The translations under genes and the position numbers were made by a program. The notes beneath the pieces are model-generated. The model worked only from the letters and a program-made list of their open reading frames with translations, had not been told where the DNA came from and made no database searches. A stretch of 64,000 bases of DNA from Sedimentisphaerales bacterium (GTDB lineage Bacteria; Planctomycetota; Phycisphaerae; Sedimentisphaerales; SM23-30): NCBI GenBank assembly GCA_963666285.1, contig OY762711.1. One strand, written 5' to 3'. Positions 37,146-45,650 of the stretch are shown here, piece after piece. How positions within the stretch are numbered: position 1 is the first letter of the stretch; every line of letters begins with the position of its first letter.

Positions 37146-37418
37146 ATGCAAAGAACTAAGATTTCAAGAAGGTTCTGTAAGAACTGTGGGAAAAAAACAA
37201 AACATGAAAGACATATAACTGCTATGGGACTTGGAGATTTTATAATGATAATTTTTACCTGTGGACTATGGCTCATTGCTAGAAGGTTAGAGGTTTTAAA
37301 TTCTTACGAGCCTTCCCCTGTTTGGGGAGGGCTTTTTTTCTTGTATTATCATCCTGATTTTATTATATTATATTCTCTTGCTCATTTCTTTGGGAGAAAT
37401 TACAATAAACGACACTAG
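37146..37418 (+). CDS. Small Zn-ribbon membrane protein (3' end doubtful)
   Basis: FCKNCGKKTKH then a TM segment; frame reads through the terminator at 37309. Confidence 0.5.
   Translation: MQRTKISRRFCKNCGKKTKHERHITAMGLGDFIMIIFTCGLWLIARRLEVLNSYEPSPVWGGLFFLYYHPDFIILYSLAHFFGRNYNKRH
37309..37339 (+). terminator. Intrinsic terminator
   Basis: AGCCTTCCCC-TGTTT-GGGGAGGGCT then T-tract. Confidence 0.7.
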
Positions 37419-37459
37419 TGACGGTTTCTGTATATTTATATTTTTCAGGGAAGATATTT

Positions 37460-38317
37460 ATGAATAAATCCCTTATAAAACAAATAAAAGAGCTTCATTC
37501 CTCTATATCTAAGGACTCTAAAAACTCCCTTAAAAAAGCTCTTAAACTAGGTGGAATTCTTCAAGAACAGAAAAAAGAAATAGGATTTGGAAACTTTACA
37601 CACTGGGTAGAAAAGACCCTTCCATTCTCAGAAAGAACAGCTCAAAGATATTTAGCAGTCAATAGGAACAAAGAAAGAATTGAAGAATCAGGAGTAACTA
37701 CACTCTATGAAGCCTATGAACTCCTGAAAAGTAAACTTCCTTATCAACAAAATAGCACTAAAAAAGATTCTACTGTTTATACTCCTAAAAAAGTTTCTGA
37801 ATATCTTTACAAGCTCATATCTCCCCATATAAGCCCTGAAACTGTTTTAGACCCTGGAATAGGTAAGGGAAGTCTTTCAATGCTATGGAGGGAAAATGGA
37901 GCTTCTATAATAGGTTCTGATATAGAATCACATGGGAAGAAATATTCAGACCTATTTTTATTAGGGAAGTTTGAAGAAATAGAAAAATGGGAATGGGAAA
38001 AGCCTGATTTGATTATATGTAATCCTCCCTTTAATGCTTATGGAGAAGGGAAATTATACCCTGAAATCTTTCTCAGGAAGATGATTGAACTATTTGGGGA
38101 GAAACAAAAGATAGTTTTAGTTGTTCCTATGGGATTCAGGCTCAATCAGAGGGTAACTAGTGAAAGATGGAATTGGTTAAGCAACTCAAAATGTAAAATA
38201 ACTTCTATTATTAGTCTTCCTATTGATTGCTTCAAAGCAAAATTTCACACTGAAATTCTTATTTTCAATATTCCAAAATTGAAACCTCATTATTTTTTAT
38301 ATGAGGAGATTAAATGA
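37460..38317 (+). CDS. DUF3102-like domain fused to N6-adenine DNA methyltransferase (gamma order)
   Basis: GNFTHWVE..LPFSERTAQRY; VYTP, LDPGIGKG, NPPF. Confidence 0.88.
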   Translation: MNKSLIKQIKELHSSISKDSKNSLKKALKLGGILQEQKKEIGFGNFTHWVEKTLPFSERTAQRYLAVNRNKERIEESGVTTLYEAYELLKSKLPYQQNSTKKDSTVYTPKKVSEYLYKLISPHISPETVLDPGIGKGSLSMLWRENGASIIGSDIESHGKKYSDLFLLGKFEEIEKWEWEKPDLIICNPPFNAYGEGKLYPEIFLRKMIELFGEKQKIVLVVPMGFRLNQRVTSERWNWLSNSKCKITSIISLPIDCFKAKFHTEILIFNIPKLKPHYFLYEEIK

Positions 38318-39468
38318 CTAAAAAAGAAAAAGACCTTCTATCAAGAATTCAAAAGCTTCATTCTGAAATTATAAAAAACACTAAGAATTCCCTTAATAGA
38401 GCTATAAGATTAGGGACTATTCTTGACACTCAAAAAAAGAATCTTGGACATGGAAATTTTACAAGATGGGCTAACTCTTCTCTTCCTTTTTCTGAGAGGA
38501 CAGGACAAAGATATATGAGTGTTTTTCATCATAAAGATGATATTAAACAGGCTAATATAACTAGTCTATATGAAGCCTATAAACTTCTCTCTAATTATGG
38601 TAGTTATGCTATGACTAGAAAAAGGGAGGAAATGAAGCAGAGAAGGAGAGACTTTGCAGCTCAAGAAACAAAGTTTCAAAATCCCAGGACCTGGGAAAAC
38701 AAGGTTATTTGCGGGGACTGTCTCTCCATCATGGAGAAGATGATAAAAAAGATGAGTGGGAAATATAGTTGTGTTATAACTAGTCCCCCATATAATGCTA
38801 ATTTTGACTATGGGAAAAAGTATAATGACTCCCTCCCTTATGAAGACTATTTAGAATGGCTCCTTAAACCTTTTCCCTATTATTCCAAGCTCCTTAGGAC
38901 AGGAGGAAGAGTTATATATAATATTGGAGCAATGGTCCAAAATAATAATAGGAATGAAGGAGGAGATTATAATCATCAGCTTATTACAGATTTAACTTAT
39001 AGAGTGAGAAATGATTTCCCTGAGTTTAAACACCTAACAACTTATATATGGGATAAAGGGAATAAAGGGAAGAACCCTCTTAATTGTAGATGGGGTTCAT
39101 TCTGCTCTCCTGAAAGCCCTGTATCAAGGATAAACCATGAGTATATAGTAATATGGTGTAAGGATTCATTCATCCTTGAGAATGAAACAGGAGGAGAAAT
39201 AGACATAACTGAGGATGAGTTTAAGGAGTGGACTTGGTCTATATGGACCATTACTTCAAATAATGTTGGAATTCATCCTTGCACATATCCAAGGGAACTA
39301 GTTAAGAGATTGATTAAATTATATACTTATAAAAATGATTTTGTTTTGGACCCATTTTCAGGAATTGGAACAACTGGAATAGTGGCTCAGTCCCTAAAGC
39401 GAAAATATACTTGCATAGAAATTAACCCTAATTATTGTCAGGAAGCGAAAAAGAAACTAAAAGATTAA
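38314..39468 (+). CDS. DUF3102-like domain fused to N4C/N6A DNA methyltransferase (beta class)
   Basis: GHGNFTRW..LPFSERTGQRY; TSPPY, HPCTYP, LDPFSGIGTT. Confidence 0.9.
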   Translation: MTKKEKDLLSRIQKLHSEIIKNTKNSLNRAIRLGTILDTQKKNLGHGNFTRWANSSLPFSERTGQRYMSVFHHKDDIKQANITSLYEAYKLLSNYGSYAMTRKREEMKQRRRDFAAQETKFQNPRTWENKVICGDCLSIMEKMIKKMSGKYSCVITSPPYNANFDYGKKYNDSLPYEDYLEWLLKPFPYYSKLLRTGGRVIYNIGAMVQNNNRNEGGDYNHQLITDLTYRVRNDFPEFKHLTTYIWDKGNKGKNPLNCRWGSFCSPESPVSRINHEYIVIWCKDSFILENETGGEIDITEDEFKEWTWSIWTITSNNVGIHPCTYPRELVKRLIKLYTYKNDFVLDPFSGIGTTGIVAQSLKRKYTCIEINPNYCQEAKKKLKD

Positions 39469-39507
39469 AACTATTTATTAACATAATATAATTAAGGAGA
39501 TTAAAAA

Positions 39508-39702
39508 ATGAAATGTCCACATTGTGAAAATGAAATTGTTAATCCATATAATAATGGAATAGTTCAAATCAATATTGACAATAGACCTTTTAGTGTATAT
39601 GAATTGACTTGCACTACTTGTAAAAAACTTATATCATTACTTCCAGTTTCTACTGTCCCTGATATTCCTTCTCAAGGAGTAAATTCTGTAAAACGAATAT
39701 GA
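39508..39702 (+). CDS. Small Zn-ribbon protein
   Basis: CPHC...CTTC; AAGGAG RBS. Confidence 0.7.
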   Translation: MKCPHCENEIVNPYNNGIVQINIDNRPFSVYELTCTTCKKLISLLPVSTVPDIPSQGVNSVKRI

Positions 39703-39709
39703 TATTTTC

Positions 39710-39735
39710 AGCCCTGTTTTTCAGGGCTTTTTTTA
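39710..39735 (+). terminator. Intrinsic terminator (identical to 42384-42409)
   Basis: AGCCCTG-TTTTT-CAGGGCT + T-tract. Confidence 0.85.
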
Positions 39736-39864
39736 TGCCCTGTAAAATAAAAGTTTTCATTTTTTGATTTCAGTTTTGGAAACTAATATTATCAGTTTTT
39801 TTCTCATTTTAATGGTCCTTAAAAATCCTAATTTTTGACCATATAAACAAGGAAATTTATCAAA

Positions 39865-40040
39865 AAAGGTGACTGGTTTGTATGACTGAAAGGTGACTGG
39901 AAGATGACTGAAAAGGTGACTGGAAACAGGAAAAAAGGTGACTAAGAGATGACTATACTATAATAGTTATAACTATAAGAGTAGTTACTATAATAGTTAC
40001 TATAAAAGAGAAACTATAAAAGAATTACTATAAAAGAAAA
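39865..40040. repeat. Iteron array plus AT-rich repeats, probable replication origin
   Basis: TGACT core at 39870, 39883, 39894, 39905, 39917, 39939, 39950; ACTATAA at 39957, 39972, 39987, 39999, 40013, 40027. Confidence 0.75.
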
Positions 40041-40506
40041 TTCAATTTTATTTTTCAGTTTTTAGGGACTAAGGGAATAGGGTTAACTTGGCAAGCTGAG
40101 TTCAAGCTTTGCTTGTCCTCAGAATCCCCTCCCTCATAGAGGGAGAGTCTTATCATTATCTTTTTTTCTTTTCAGGATTGTCTACAAGGAAGAATGAGAT
40201 TAATTAACCTTGTTACCCATATTTCTTTTTTTAGTCATTCTGGGGGCTATATAGCCCCATATATAAGGCTTCAGATAATATTACCTTATCCTTATTGTAT
40301 ATGCCCCATAATGGGGCTTCCTGATTGCCCCCCAAGTTCCGCTCTCCCCCCAGTTCTCAGAATAATCTTGAAAAGCGAAAAAGTTTTAATTATAATTACA
40401 AAAAGAGTGAGTTAGAGTAAGTGTTCAGGGATTTTAGTTTTTTCAAAAATAATTAAAGGAGTTTTTATTTTAAACTCGAATAGTAGTTAGAAAATGATTT
40501 TTTATA

Positions 40507-40573
40507 CTTCCTATAAAATCGTTGTAGCCTGCTGACGGGCAGGCTCAACACTTTTAAAATGTTTTATAGGAAG
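40507..40573 (+). promoter_or_regulatory. Long nested hairpin in the leader of ORF 40607
   Basis: CTTCCTATAAAA/TTTTATAGGAAG outer stem; GTTG.AGCCTGC/GCAGGCTCAAC inner stem. Confidence 0.6.
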
Positions 40574-40606
40574 AAAAAATAATACAATTTATTAGGAGTG
40601 TATAAA

Positions 40607-41578
40607 ATGAGTGTGAAAAAAATAAGTTTTGTAAGTCAAAGCGAAAATGAAACTAAGGCAAGTCTGTTATATTTGACTTCATCTGTTAGTAAGTTCAAAA
40701 GTGAAAAGCGAAAACTCAGTTCAATAATAAAAACATTAGAACTGTTTGAGCTTGAAAGAAAAGGTTCCCCCATGTTTAAGTTTCTTGTTAGAGAATATGG
40801 GTTAAGCTGTTCTAAACAAGAGTTTGACGAAATCCGTGAACATATCAAATACAAAGCGGAAAAAAAGATTAAGATTGAAAATTATTATTTTGTTCAAAAT
40901 TTAGTTTATGAAGAAGACCTTCAATTCCTAAATAACAGGTTCCTTAAAAAGGAGGAAATTCAATTCTATTTATATAAAATCTCTCAAGCTTTGCTTGAAG
41001 AAAAATATGAGGGAACTAGGACCCTCAGTCGAAACTATTTGTTAAAATTCGCTGACAATTATAAGAGGAACACAGGGAGGACACTGAACAAGAATAAGAT
41101 TGCTTACATGAATAAGTTACTAGTCAAATTAGGATTATTGCAAACACAAGATTTCAGGAAATTCTACATAGGGGAAAATCATCCTTTATTTCATACTAGC
41201 CTTGTTAGTGAAGAAGTTAGACATGTTAAATTTAAAAATATTGCCCCTCTAAATGAACAAATAAGGGAAGCAAAACAGGATTATGATAACCTTGTTAGTG
41301 GTTATCAGGAACTTCAGGCAGAAAATGAAGCCTTAAAAAAGCAAATAGAAGACATGAAAAAGAATGAAATAAGGAGAGATAAGATGAGTTTAATAGTTGC
41401 GAAAATAGAAGATTTGAAAGAAATTGAAAACCAAGAACCTGTTTATTCATTTTTTGACTTTGGTTCTCCTCCTGAAGGAGTTGAAAATGTGGAAGATGAC
41501 AAAGAATTATACATTAAATGCGTGAATAGTTATAAGGGAAGTTATAAGGGAAGTTATGATAGAAGGAATAAAAATTGA
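40607..41578 (+). CDS. Hypothetical basic protein with C-terminal coiled coil, candidate replication initiator
   Basis: AGGAG RBS; nearest large ORF to the iteron array; function inferred from position only. Confidence 0.55.
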   Translation: MSVKKISFVSQSENETKASLLYLTSSVSKFKSEKRKLSSIIKTLELFELERKGSPMFKFLVREYGLSCSKQEFDEIREHIKYKAEKKIKIENYYFVQNLVYEEDLQFLNNRFLKKEEIQFYLYKISQALLEEKYEGTRTLSRNYLLKFADNYKRNTGRTLNKNKIAYMNKLLVKLGLLQTQDFRKFYIGENHPLFHTSLVSEEVRHVKFKNIAPLNEQIREAKQDYDNLVSGYQELQAENEALKKQIEDMKKNEIRRDKMSLIVAKIEDLKEIENQEPVYSFFDFGSPPEGVENVEDDKELYIKCVNSYKGSYKGSYDRRNKN

Positions 41579-41695
41579 ATAATATACTTAAAGAAAGAAT
41601 AAGTCCCCCAAAAAATAAAACAATTTAAAGCCTGTTTGATGTTAGTGGGGACTGCATTGAGCGGGCTTTTTCTTTTGAAACAGGAGAATAAAGAA

Positions 41696-42103
41696 ATGGA
41701 AAATGTGAAAGAAATGAAAGAAATGAATTATGATTGCGGAGATTTTTACTTTCGCAAAAATGAAATGGGAACAGAAATAGTGTGGGAAACTGACCCTTAC
41801 ATATATTTTGGAGAAATTGATTTTGATATTAATGCAGCGGATGACCCTAACTTTAAAGAGATGGATATTGATGGCGATTTTAATTTTGAGGACTGGCAGC
41901 GAAAACAAGGAGAACAGGCAATTGAGGAGATTATTGCTTGTATAGTGGAAAAATTGTTAGAATTTTACGATGATGAGGGTGAGTATAGCGAGGTAGGAGA
42001 AATAGAAATTTACAACATTCAAAATGTCCCCAATTCCTCATATGTAAGAGAAATTATTAATATAGGCATTGATCACACAGCTTTAGTCGTGTGGGAAAAA
42101 TAA
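41696..42103 (+). CDS. Hypothetical acidic protein
   Basis: AGGAG upstream; D/E-rich. Confidence 0.65.
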   Translation: MENVKEMKEMNYDCGDFYFRKNEMGTEIVWETDPYIYFGEIDFDINAADDPNFKEMDIDGDFNFEDWQRKQGEQAIEEIIACIVEKLLEFYDDEGEYSEVGEIEIYNIQNVPNSSYVREIINIGIDHTALVVWEK

Positions 42104-42123
42104 AATATAGGAGAAGAAAGAAG

Positions 42124-42360
42124 ATGAATGAGAATGTTTTTATAATAACTTTTGACAAAGATTATTGTTTTTACTTTATAGAAAGTCTCGGTTTCTTCTA
42201 AAACAGGGACTTCTATAAAGTAAAATGGGATTCTGAGAGAGAAGGTGTTTTCCCATCAAAGATAGAAAAATGTGAGAAAGTGTATAAAACCAAGGAATCC
42301 TGCAATAAGGTTTGTAAAGATTTGAATGCTTATGTTTCATCAAAACTTATGTGGTATTAA
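42124..42360 (+). pseudogene. Probable small pseudogene with one in-frame TAA
   Basis: AGGAG + ATG 42124; TAA after 25 codons, same frame stays open to 42360. Confidence 0.4.
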
Positions 42361-42383
42361 TAAAAAAGATAACCATCTCTCAT

Positions 42384-42409
42384 AGCCCTGTTTTTCAGGG
42401 CTTTTTTTA
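42384..42409 (+). terminator. Intrinsic terminator (identical to 39710-39735)
   Basis: AGCCCTG-TTTTT-CAGGGCT + T-tract. Confidence 0.85.
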
Positions 42410-42535
42410 CGCCTATTCTCAAACTCTATCCCTGTCAGATTATTTTTTAAGATTCTCAAAAATAAAAGAAGGATTTCTCAATTCTTTATTGAAATCATTT
42501 ATATAAGAATAATAAAATAATGGAGAATTGGAAAA

Positions 42536-43441
42536 ATGGGAAAAAGTTACACTTACCAACAAGTTCAAGAAATTTTTGAAAAATATGGGATGAAACTTCT
42601 ATCAGAATTATATGTTAAAAATGATGAGAAGCTATCTGCACTCTGTAGTTGTGGAAAAAAATGGGAAACATCTCTTAACAATTTCAATAAATTAAAACAT
42701 AAAACCTGCCCTAGTTGTAGGCAAAAAACACTATATGACCTTGAACAAGTCAAAGAGGAGTATGAGAGAAGAGGGTATAAGTTACTAGCCACTACATATA
42801 AAAATGACAAGTCTCCTCTTGATTGTTTATGCAGTTGCGGAAGACCTGCAAAAATTTCTTTGTATGACCTTAAAAAAGGCTATAGATGTAGGGAATGTTG
42901 GTTAGAATCTCACTCAGGAAAAAACAATTGTAACTATAATCCTAATCTCACCGCTGAAGACAGGGACAGAGAAAGAAGCCGAGAAAATAAAGCTTGGGCT
43001 AAGGCAGTTAAGGAAAAAGACAATTACACTTGTCAGGTCTGTGGTAAAAGAGGAGGAACAATGAATAGTCATCATCTCTATAACTACTCAAAATTTCCTG
43101 AGTTCAGAACTGAATTAAAAAATGGAAAATGCTTGTGTAGGTCCTGTCATTATAATTTTCATCAGGGATATGGTTACAAGGAAAATGAAGCTTCTGATTA
43201 CCTCTTCTTCAAAAATGGAGAAGATAGTCTAATTGTAGATTTTGCAGGTCCATTCTCCCTTAAAGCCTTCTCACCTGATCAACTAAATAAGGCAATAAAA
43301 GAGACTCAAGGAGAAAGTTTTAATAATGTTCCTGTTGAACAATTCCTGGGGAAGAAAGAGAAGAAAGAAAAAAAGAACTACCACTATAACCAACTCTCTA
43401 CAGGTTATAGCAAAGATTATTTTAATTCGATTAATAAATAG
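42536..43441 (+). CDS. HNH endonuclease with two N-terminal Zn-binding repeats (homing-type)
   Basis: Two G.KLL...Y.N....L...CSCG...C..C repeats; KDNYTCQVCG...SHH...NGKCLCRSCH. Confidence 0.88.
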   Translation: MGKSYTYQQVQEIFEKYGMKLLSELYVKNDEKLSALCSCGKKWETSLNNFNKLKHKTCPSCRQKTLYDLEQVKEEYERRGYKLLATTYKNDKSPLDCLCSCGRPAKISLYDLKKGYRCRECWLESHSGKNNCNYNPNLTAEDRDRERSRENKAWAKAVKEKDNYTCQVCGKRGGTMNSHHLYNYSKFPEFRTELKNGKCLCRSCHYNFHQGYGYKENEASDYLFFKNGEDSLIVDFAGPFSLKAFSPDQLNKAIKETQGESFNNVPVEQFLGKKEKKEKKNYHYNQLSTGYSKDYFNSINK

Positions 43442-43461
43442 AGAATAAAGGAGAAAAGGAA

Positions 43462-43653
43462 ATGAATTGGAACAGTTATATAAGCAAAAAAGAAAAACCA
43501 CTTTCAAAAGAGCAAGCTAGGCAATTAAAAGAAATAGTTTCAAATAGTTTTGATAGTCTAATCAGCTACATTGAAGAAGAGCAAGAAAGAATGAGAAAAG
43601 ATATGAACAAATCATTTGATGAGTTAAAAAATAAGTTAGAACAAATGAAATAA
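43462..43653 (+). CDS. Hypothetical coiled-coil protein
   Basis: Strong RBS, short ORF. Confidence 0.55.
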   Translation: MNWNSYISKKEKPLSKEQARQLKEIVSNSFDSLISYIEEEQERMRKDMNKSFDELKNKLEQMK

Positions 43654-43788
43654 ATATATGAAAAAAGTAAAAGCTAAAACAATTTAGAGCAACAGCCTGA
43701 ACAGGGATTCTGAGGGACAGGAGGAGGACTAGGAGAGCAGGAATAAGAGGGAACTGAAGTTTAGTTTATCCTGCTCTTCATTTTTAAT

Positions 43789-44130
43789 ATGCCATATTTA
43801 CCAAAAACAAACTCACAGAGAAACAAGGAAAATAGCCCATTCAAAAAGTTTTATGAGAAGCAAGAGAAACTTCAGAAAAAAGAACATGAGAAGAAGAGAG
43901 GAACAGCAGCTCAAAGAGGTTATGGTTCAAGGTGGCAAAAGACAAGAATAGGATTCTTAAAGAAACATCCTCTTTGTGTTGAATGTCTGAGAAATGGGAT
44001 AACTAAGGAAGCTACTGTAGTTGACCATATAATCCCACACAGGGGAGATATGAAATTATTTTGGGATAGTAAGAATTGGCAAAGTCTTTGTAAACAATGC
44101 CATGATAAAAAGACAGCAAGAGGAGAATAG
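43789..44130 (+). CDS. Packaging-associated HNH endonuclease
   Basis: QRGYG.RW..PLCVEC..VVDHIIPHRGD..LFWD..NWQSLC..CH; homologue of 11928. Confidence 0.95.
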   Translation: MPYLPKTNSQRNKENSPFKKFYEKQEKLQKKEHEKKRGTAAQRGYGSRWQKTRIGFLKKHPLCVECLRNGITKEATVVDHIIPHRGDMKLFWDSKNWQSLCKQCHDKKTARGE

Positions 44131-44133
44131 GGA

Positions 44134-44655
44134 ATGCATAAAAATAGTATGAACATTATGAATGAGTTATTAACTAACTATTTAAACAAGGAAGAATCTC
44201 TTTACATTGCAGACATAGGAAGCCTTGATGTTAATGGAACATATAAGACTCTTATCCCTAGTCAATGGACATATACAGGCTATGACATAGCCAAGGGAAA
44301 CAATGTAGATATAGTTATGAGTTCTCCCTTCTCTATCCCCGCCCCTGATAAGTCATATGATGTTGTTTTGTGCGGACAGGTAATAGAACATTGCTGTCAT
44401 CCTTTTAGGCTTATGGAAGATATTTACAGGATAACCAAGGACAATGGTTATGTGTTTGTTGTGGCTCCCTCTGTTTGTCCTGTACATAGGTACCCTAAAG
44501 ATTATTGGCGTATCTTTCCCGATGGAATGAAAGAACTATTAACTCAATCAGGGTTTGCTTGTTTAAATGTTTACGAGAGTCCCAGGAATGCCCTCAAAAG
44601 GATTTCTAAATATAGGATGATAGATTGTGTAGGCATAGGAAAGAAGGCTTTGTAG
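44134..44655 (+). CDS. Class I SAM methyltransferase (Methyltransf_11-like)
   Basis: DIGSLDVNG, YDVVLCGQVIEH, HRYPKDYWR. Confidence 0.9.
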   Translation: MHKNSMNIMNELLTNYLNKEESLYIADIGSLDVNGTYKTLIPSQWTYTGYDIAKGNNVDIVMSSPFSIPAPDKSYDVVLCGQVIEHCCHPFRLMEDIYRITKDNGYVFVVAPSVCPVHRYPKDYWRIFPDGMKELLTQSGFACLNVYESPRNALKRISKYRMIDCVGIGKKAL

Positions 44656-44684
44656 GTTCTGTGAGAGCCATTAAAAGGGTAATT

Positions 44685-44770
44685 GGGGTATGGGGGGTAA
44701 AATCTCTAAGAGCCTAGAAAACCAAGACCGAAAGCCCCCATTTTCCGCGAAAAAATACCAGTTTTTCAGA
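44685..44770 (+). other. Probable cos/packaging site, prophage 2
   Basis: GGGGGGTAAAATCTCTA...CAAGACC...GCCCCC upstream of terS. Confidence 0.6.
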
Positions 44771-44803
44771 GATAATAAATATTTTTATTAAAGGAAAATA
44801 AAT

Positions 44804-45178
44804 ATGGAAATACAAAAACTAAATAAAGACTTCATCCCTGAGGACCTCTCACCTGAAGAAGTTGAGGTATGGAATAAACTAGCTCCTCAACTGATTGAAC
44901 TAGAAATAATCAATTCTCTTAATTATTTAATTCTATCACGCTATTGTTCCTTGGCAGTTCTTAACATTCAACTAACAAAGAAATACCCAAACAACACACA
45001 GGGAATAAGACTAAGGAACCAAGAATTAAAAAAGATGGAAGAAGAGTTATGTTTAACTCCTCAGGCTTATAACAAATGGATGAAAGATAGATTGATAATT
45101 TCTGAAAGAAAGAAAAAGCAGGAAAAGGGAAATAATAATAGAAATATAGATGAAGATGATGAAAAGTTTTTCGGATAA
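44804..45178 (+). CDS. Terminase small subunit (divergent P27-like)
   Basis: PEDLS.E...W..LAP.L, L.RYC, ELCLTP; position. Confidence 0.8.
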   Translation: MEIQKLNKDFIPEDLSPEEVEVWNKLAPQLIELEIINSLNYLILSRYCSLAVLNIQLTKKYPNNTQGIRLRNQELKKMEEELCLTPQAYNKWMKDRLIISERKKKQEKGNNNRNIDEDDEKFFG

Positions 45179-45650
45179 TAAATAAAATATTTAAACGGGG
45201 AAAAAATAGAATGAGTGTAAAAATTGATTGTGATGTTATGTTTCCAAGTTTTCAATGGCGAGATAATAAGAGAAGTAAAGAAGTCAGGGACAGGAGTTTC
45301 TACAGTAATATTATATTTATATCATAAAAAATGAGTGTGAATAAATCAGAAATAGACAACTTAATAGAATTGATTCCTAACTATTCTCCTACAGAAACAT
45401 CAGAAGAAGGAATGTATTTCGATTATGAAGAAGCTGAGAGAGTTTTAGACTTCTTCCAAAAACATCTTAAATATGTTAGAGGAGAGAAGGCAGGACAGCC
45501 TTTTGAACTAGAACCTTGGCAAAAATCAATCATTATAAATCTCTTTTCATGGAAAAAGATAAATGGGGAAAGAAGATATAGTCAATCATTTATTTTCATA
45601 CCAAGAAAGAATGGAAAGAGTTTTTTAGTTGCTGGTATTTTAACTTATAT

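Noticed and set aside
39865..40040. Possible CRISPR array
   Set aside because: Units are 5-10 bp at 11-15 bp spacing with no unique spacers and no cas genes; fits iterons
40194..40415. 73-aa ORF near the origin
   Set aside because: No clear RBS, atypical composition, lies in a palindrome-rich regulatory region
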